Part shown: in pieces, positions 45,604 to 50,279 of the stretch
Numbering within the stretch: position 1 is the stretch's first letter
Layout: each line of letters starts with the position of its first letter
Assembly: GCA_905215665.1 (NCBI GenBank)
Contig: CAJMQR010000001.1
Coordinates: forward strand, 1-50,279
Reading direction: 5' to 3'
DNA length: 50,279 nt
Source: an uncultured bacterium
GTDB lineage: Bacteria > Bacillota > Clostridia > Oscillospirales > Oscillospiraceae
Program-made: the position numbers and the translations under genes
The notes under the pieces: generated by a model
The model's database searches: none
What the model was told of the DNA's origin: nothing
The model's input: only the letters and a program-made list of their open reading frames with translations

Positions 45604-46412
45604 AGGACATTCTGACCGCGCCGTGGATGGTGGAGATGATCCGCACCACGACGAATATGTACGATCACGGCTGGGACGAGCGTAACGGCGGCAACGTGAG
45701 CCTGCTTCTGGACGAAGCTGAGGTTGCAGACTATCTGGACGGCGCCGTCCTGCGCAAGATCCCGACCGGCTTTTCCTGCCCGGAGCTGGACGGAAAATAC
45801 TTCCTCGTCACCGGCACGGGTAAGTATTTCAAGAACGTGCAGTACGCGCCGGAGATCAATCTCGGCCTCGTCCGGCTGACGGAGAACGGCGAGGCGGCGC
45901 AGCTTCTTTGGGGATTCGCAGACGGCGGGAAATTCACCTCGGAGTTTCCGGCGCACATGATGAGCCACGCTGCGCGGCTCAGAATCGCCCCGGAAAATCG
46001 CGTGGTTATGCATTGTCACCCGGCAAATCTTCTGGCGATGACCTATGTCCACAGCCTTGACGAGCGCGAGTTCACGCGCACGCTCTGGCAGATGTGTACC
46101 GAGTGCATCGTGGTGTTCCCGGACGGCGTGAACGTGCTGCCGTGGATGCTCTGCGGCACGAACGAGATCGGGCAGGCCACCGCCGAAAAGATGAAAACCG
46201 CGCGTCTCGTCGTCTGGGCGCAGCACGGCATCTACGGTGCGGGCAGAGATCTCGACGAAACCTTCGGCCTGATCGAAACCGCCGAAAAAGCAGCACAGAT
46301 CCATATGCTCACCGCCCACCTGCCAAGAATCAATACCATCCGGGATGAGCAGCTTCATCAGCTAGAGACCCACTTCGGCGTCAGGGCGCGAGAGGGCTAT
46401 TTGACTATTTAA
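45600..46412 (+). CDS. rhaD: Rhamnulose-1-phosphate aldolase
   Basis: GWDERNGGN, TSEFPAH, MHCHP, WAQHG, EKAA. Confidence 0.96.
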   Translation: MKDILTAPWMVEMIRTTTNMYDHGWDERNGGNVSLLLDEAEVADYLDGAVLRKIPTGFSCPELDGKYFLVTGTGKYFKNVQYAPEINLGLVRLTENGEAAQLLWGFADGGKFTSEFPAHMMSHAARLRIAPENRVVMHCHPANLLAMTYVHSLDEREFTRTLWQMCTECIVVFPDGVNVLPWMLCGTNEIGQATAEKMKTARLVVWAQHGIYGAGRDLDETFGLIETAEKAAQIHMLTAHLPRINTIRDEQLHQLETHFGVRAREGYLTI

Positions 46413-46624
46413 TACTAATTCTTGATTAAAAAGTTTAATCAAGAATCCCGTGTGCTGCGCACACGCACATCGTGCTGACGCACGCTGTGCCGTCTGCGAC
46501 TCGCTAAGAGCCGCCCTGCGGGCGGTTGCTCGCTTGCATAGCGCCTGCGGGCGCTTATCATGCAGAATCTGACGCGCCTTCGGCGCTATAAAAAGTTTTT
46601 AACCTTTTTATCAGATTCTAGTAT
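46412..46624. repeat. ERIC-like/MITE-like palindromic intergenic element, copy C
   Basis: Begins ATACT at the last base of the rhaD TAA, ends AGTAT; perfect 13-bp hairpin 46418-46446, several GC hairpins, 3' module homologous to 688-757. Confidence 0.7.
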
Positions 46625-46711
46625 AATAATGCAAAATCCGCGCATTGGGATTACGGCGATCTAGAGCAAACAATGCCTGTGTATAACCACACAGGCAAGA
46701 GCAGTTTGACT

Positions 46712-47728
46712 CTATACGAAGTGGTTATAACAGCTATGACTCGAGGGCTTCTTTTTTTGTGTGTGAAAAAATGACTCACATACGGCGTTGTCGTAGGGGT
46801 TGCCCGGCGTTGAAAAGGATTGTTTTACCTTTAGTTCCCGTAAATGTTGGCGGAACACAAAGGCGGTGTATTGGGAACCCTGGTCACTGTAGAACATTAG
46901 ATTGTTCGGTTGCTGGCGCTGTTGAAACGCATCGTCGAAGGTCGTAAGACTCAAGGCGGTGTCAATTGTGTTGGAAATTCGATACGAAAGGACCTTTCGT
47001 GAAAACAAGTCCAGAATTACACAAATGTAATAATACTGATCGCTGACCTTTACATAGGTGATGTCACTTATCCAGATCAAATTTTGCGCTGGTTGGTCGA
47101 ACTGCCGGGAGAGGAGATTTTTGAAGTATGCTCGTGGCAAAGGCTTTTGGTGCTCAGCCTTATACATAGGCTTAGCGACTTCCAAACCCAGTTCTTTCAT
47201 GATACGAGCAATTCTCTTTTCACTAACATGATAGCCCATTTCAGATAGTTTGTGGTGGATGGGTTTTCTCCCAAATCGTTGGTTGCTTTCACGGAAGATT
47301 TGTTCTATCAAAGGCTTCATTTCTACATCGCTTATTTCATATGTTGTCATCTTTCCTTCTCTGCGCTTTCGGTTATAATATGTCCCACGGGGAAGGCCAA
47401 GTGCATCGCATAAAACATGTACAGAGTATCTCTTCCCCAGGGCATTGATTGCTGCCATCTTGTCATCGATGGATGCGTTAATTCCGCATGGACACTGGCG
47501 CAACACTTCCAATTCTAACACCAGCTTATCTAAATGAAGTTGAGCCTTTCTTGCAACGCTTAGGCTATTCCCAGCGGTTTCGGGAACAGGGTGGGCCAGA
47601 TCAAACTTCTTTTTCCATTCATAGAATGTACTTTCGGACATGCCGAACTTTTTCTTGGTTTCCGCAAAGGTATTGCCACACTCATAGAACAGAACAGCAG
47701 CCTCTTTTTGTGCATCAGAATATCGCAT
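46712..47728 (-). mobile_element. IS3-family transposase (OrfA/OrfB in one frame), 3'-truncated
   Basis: N-terminal HTH, FGRKPI, WISDITY, YSDQGSQY, DNAVCESFF (DDE); frame breaks right after the Glu; terminal IRs not identified. Confidence 0.85.
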
Positions 47729-47849
47729 GTTTTGTACCTCCTAATAGTAATATAGTTCTAATATTATATAACAATAGAAGGGAGGAACTGAATCTCACAC
47801 GAGGCTTATGTCCGGGAGACTATAATTGTTTTTGATGAGGACTGCCCAC

Positions 47850-48007
47850 AGCCATACCTGGATGCCCTGTGGTGACATTATGGAGTGATGTGGTGATTAG
47901 GGAGAATGGGGGCCTGCGCACCGAGCATGAGCGGATGCCTTTGCCGGGGTCTGAAACTGGGAGTGCAGTTGATGCTGGAAGTGACGGAGAACGCCACCGG
48001 AGAATGA
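47850..48007 (+). pseudogene. Frameshifted remnant of a small DUF6809-like gene
   Basis: Across frameshifts reads ...HER/DAFAG/LKLGVQLMLEVTENATGE*, resembling the F..G.KLG..LM.E tail of that family as I recall it. Confidence 0.35.
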
Positions 48008-48012
48008 GAAAT

Positions 48013-48062
48013 AAAAATGACCGCCCATGGCTGCGGTATAGGTCTCGACCATGGGCGGTTTT
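48013..48062. terminator. Bidirectional terminator
   Basis: ACCGCCCATGG/CCATGGGCGGT stem with A/T tails. Confidence 0.6.
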
Positions 48063-48066
48063 ACGA

Positions 48067-49398
48067 TTATGTTATTGCGTAATTCAAATGGAATAGATCA
48101 TTTATGGCCCGTCGAATGTTTTTCTCATCTATGCCATAATAATTCAACTGAATGGCATAAAGCACATATTCCATGTACATCAGGTCCAGAAGCGAAAGAC
48201 CGATAAATTCCTGATCGAGATCACCGTGGGCATAGTGATTTCTTTGGGAAGAAAGACGCTTTCCCATTTCGGAATATTTCAGTTCCTCCCCGTTTAAATG
48301 ATACAGGTGTTTGCCAAAAACACCAATGATGTCATCAATCACTTTACCAGTATGGATTATTTCGGATTCAAGGCTATCTGATTTCACCAGTCGCTTGAGA
48401 AACTTATAGATTTCTCGTTTTTTACCAGCACTACTTTTGATTTTCTCGTCAATTTCATCGGTTACAGCAGCTTCTGCCTTTAATCTGGATTCCTTCTTTG
48501 GTACTCCACCCGGGAAATTGCGTTTATATTCCCACTCAAATGCTGCGATAATCATAATAAATCGGGCGGCATCAATGGTTCTTCCACTTTGATAGGTCTG
48601 AGGGAGGTGCCGAAGGTAGAGCATACCGCTTGCGATATCCGACAGGATTTTTCCTTCCGTGCCGGCAAGGTATTTTTGTTGAATATAGCGGCCAGACTTT
48701 AATGTAGACGATTCAGCATCGCCAGCTTCATTAAGCACATACATCGTCGCAAATTCCTCATATTTGCCGCCATCCGCAGGCGCAGACAATGCAACTTCGG
48801 GAAGAAAAATGTTTTTCCTGTAGCAAAGATACTGCAGGAATTGTTTTGCAACAGACCACAACCTAAAAATAAAACGGTAATCATTGGTGGGCGCAAATTC
48901 AAAAAGCATGGACGAGCTGAGGGTAATGGGTGGTTCATTCAACTTTGTGCTTAGCTTGCTGGAAATACTAAATTTTACAGAAACCTGTATGTTGTCAACC
49001 ATAAAGGTTTGGGGTTCCGTTGTAGTTTCATCAAAACTCTGGGTTGTAACAGTAAATACTCCCGTCTCATTAAAACCTTCCACATCTATTGCATAGCCAA
49101 AACCTTGGGTGACCGGATGGATGCAGTTAATCACAGGACTGGTAAATGATATTCTGGCGATGCAGTCCCGTTCATACTTACATCTGATGTAGGCTACGAT
49201 AGGGACGAATAAAACAGAGTTTTGACTTCTGACATCTCCCCCTTGCTTGGTAATGAATATGAAAGTAGTGCCAGTTTCATTGCATTTTCCGGTTAGGTAG
49301 CCTTTCTCAAGTTCTGCGTCATTCCCGAGAATCTGCCGCTGCTCAAGGCGTATTTGGGTATAGAAAATGCACCTGCCGAAGCAGGTGCAAAAAGGGAG
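48067..49398 (-). pseudogene. ApeA-like HEPN-domain gene lacking its 5' end
   Basis: C-terminal RNHYAH (R-x4-H); frame open from 49398 but no in-frame ATG/GTG/TTG until GTG 49134; terminator hairpin lies at the 5' end of the frame. Confidence 0.6.
49362..49389 (-). terminator. Intrinsic terminator of the DUF3990-like/XRE pair
   Basis: Minus strand TGCACCTGC-TTCG-GCAGGTGCA-TTTTCT. Confidence 0.75.
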
Positions 49399-50046
49399 TT
49401 ACATCATCGGGTTTTCCAGAAGATCTTCGATATCGCAGCCAAGCACCCGGGATAGTTTGTAGAGTATCCGTGCCTGAGCTTTGTCGATATCATTTCCCCG
49501 CTGCTCATACATCTGAATGTTGCGAAGATTTACACCGGACTGCTCCGCAAGCTCCGTCTGCGACAAGCCGCGGTTCTCACGGATTCGCTTGAGTTTGGAA
49601 TCACCTTCGGCAGCTTTATAGAGCTCTTCCATTGTATCAATGAAGTTAGTTACATCCATTTCATGATACACGCAGTACATTCCAATGATCTTGGAAAGCG
49701 GAATCCGCTCGAAGATGTCCTTGAAACGGCGGCCGGTAAACCATTGGTATTCCGCAACAGCCCAACCGGCCCAATACGCGGGGGAGCAATCCTCTGCATG
49801 GGTTGGTTCCGGCAGTTCCTTTCTGCCGTATGCCTTCAAAATGACTGCCCGGGCAAGCTCGACACCGGACATGCCTGCAACATAAGCAGGATTGCCACGC
49901 TCAAACTGTTCGGCATAGCCAGTGTTGATAAACAATGCAGTCATCCAATCCGGCTTTAGCTTGCAGTCGTTGATGGCATAGTCGAAGAAAGAGGACAACC
50001 GATCCTTTGCATTACTCAAATAGGATTCGCTGTATGCGTGGGTCAT
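49399..50046 (-). CDS. XRE-family HTH protein with long conserved N-terminal domain (partner of DUF3990-like gene)
   Basis: GMSGVELA, YWAGW..AEYQW, YHEMD; C-terminal LKRIRENRGLSQTELA...YEQR HTH. Confidence 0.8.
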   Translation of the reverse strand: MTHAYSESYLSNAKDRLSSFFDYAINDCKLKPDWMTALFINTGYAEQFERGNPAYVAGMSGVELARAVILKAYGRKELPEPTHAEDCSPAYWAGWAVAEYQWFTGRRFKDIFERIPLSKIIGMYCVYHEMDVTNFIDTMEELYKAAEGDSKLKRIRENRGLSQTELAEQSGVNLRNIQMYEQRGNDIDKAQARILYKLSRVLGCDIEDLLENPMM

Positions 50047-50279
50047 CGCCAGCCATCTCCTCTCTCAAGATATCAAGTACGAAGATATCGTCCCGATAGG
50101 ACTTGCTCTTCTTGATTTCCTTACGATAAGTGTCCCTCGCTTTGGTGTCTCTATCCAGGAACTTGGGATAATAGACACTCCGGCTCACCGGATAGGCATT
50201 GATGAAGTGAAGATGATCAAAACCCTTTTGAGAAATGACAACCGTCTGTTCTCCCAGCTTTCCAAGCTTCAATGCCTTG
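50012..50279 (-). CDS. C-terminal part of a DUF3990-like protein (runs off the window)
   Basis: LKLGKLGEQ.V..SQKGF..L.F pattern; overlaps the XRE gene by 35 bp. Confidence 0.65.
   Translation of the reverse strand, partial: KALKLGKLGEQTVVISQKGFDHLHFINAYPVSRSVYYPKFLDRDTKARDTYRKEIKKSKSYRDDIFVLDILREEMAGDDPRIQRILFE

Larger units (their letters stand above)
14945..50279. mobile_element. tRNA-Met-anchored accessory region / genomic island (right boundary outside the window)
   Basis: Abrupt change of GC and codon style after the tRNA, end of core synteny, catabolic cargo, IS and defence-type remnants; no integrase seen. Confidence 0.6.

Noticed and set aside
46750..46760. A-AAA-AAG programmed -1 frameshift in the IS3 gene
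   Set aside because: It lies after the catalytic Glu rather than at the OrfA/OrfB junction, and the -1 frame stops within a few codons; better explained as decay.
47729..47860. Left inverted repeat of the IS3 element
   Set aside because: Several TG-starting candidates, but the right end is deleted so none can be confirmed.
14945..50279. Prophage or complete ICE
   Set aside because: No integrase, relaxase, T4SS or phage structural genes and no direct att repeat inside the window.

Overview
Bacterial chromosomal window, most likely from a high-GC, spore-forming Clostridia member (Oscillospiraceae-like; inferred from gene content and codon style). Bases 1-14.9 kb are core genome: Nudix hydrolase, spoIIQ-like M23 peptidase, recJ-rel-dtd-MBL hydrolase-hemZ-mtaD-yabM-like flippase-hup-yabO and an initiator tRNA-Met. 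Directly after the tRNA an accessory region of visibly lower GC starts and runs off the right edge; no integrase or right att site is visible. It holds (i) an orphan, highly structured ncRNA with its own promoter and terminator (about 15.50-15.64 kb); (ii) a ~30 kb Gram-positive polysaccharide-utilisation locus, made of a 15-gene minus-strand operon (paired amidohydrolases, GH43_24-like enzyme, six-hairpin glycosidase-like protein, beta-propeller/CBM9 lipoprotein, a 1702-aa membrane-anchored SGNH esterase with five CBM9-like repeats, Ig-like protein, ABC sugar transporter, M24-like hydrolase, enolase-superfamily dehydratase, DHDPS-family aldolase, Zn dehydrogenase, AraC HTH), a ROK regulator, a GH78 rhamnosidase plus SASA esterase, a GH-D-clan-like enzyme and rhaBAD; and (iii) a decayed mobile/defence tail (3'-truncated IS3-family transposase, 5'-truncated ApeA-like HEPN gene, DUF3990-like/XRE pair). 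Best second-look items: the ncRNA with a predicted kissing-loop fold, three ERIC-like ATAC...GTAT palindromic elements fused to stop codons (two show covariation), the tRNA with a mismatched T-stem and an inverted copy of its T-arm, and the glycan locus combining a five-CBM esterase with two parallel sugar-catabolic routes. All calls are by motif recognition only; no searches were run.
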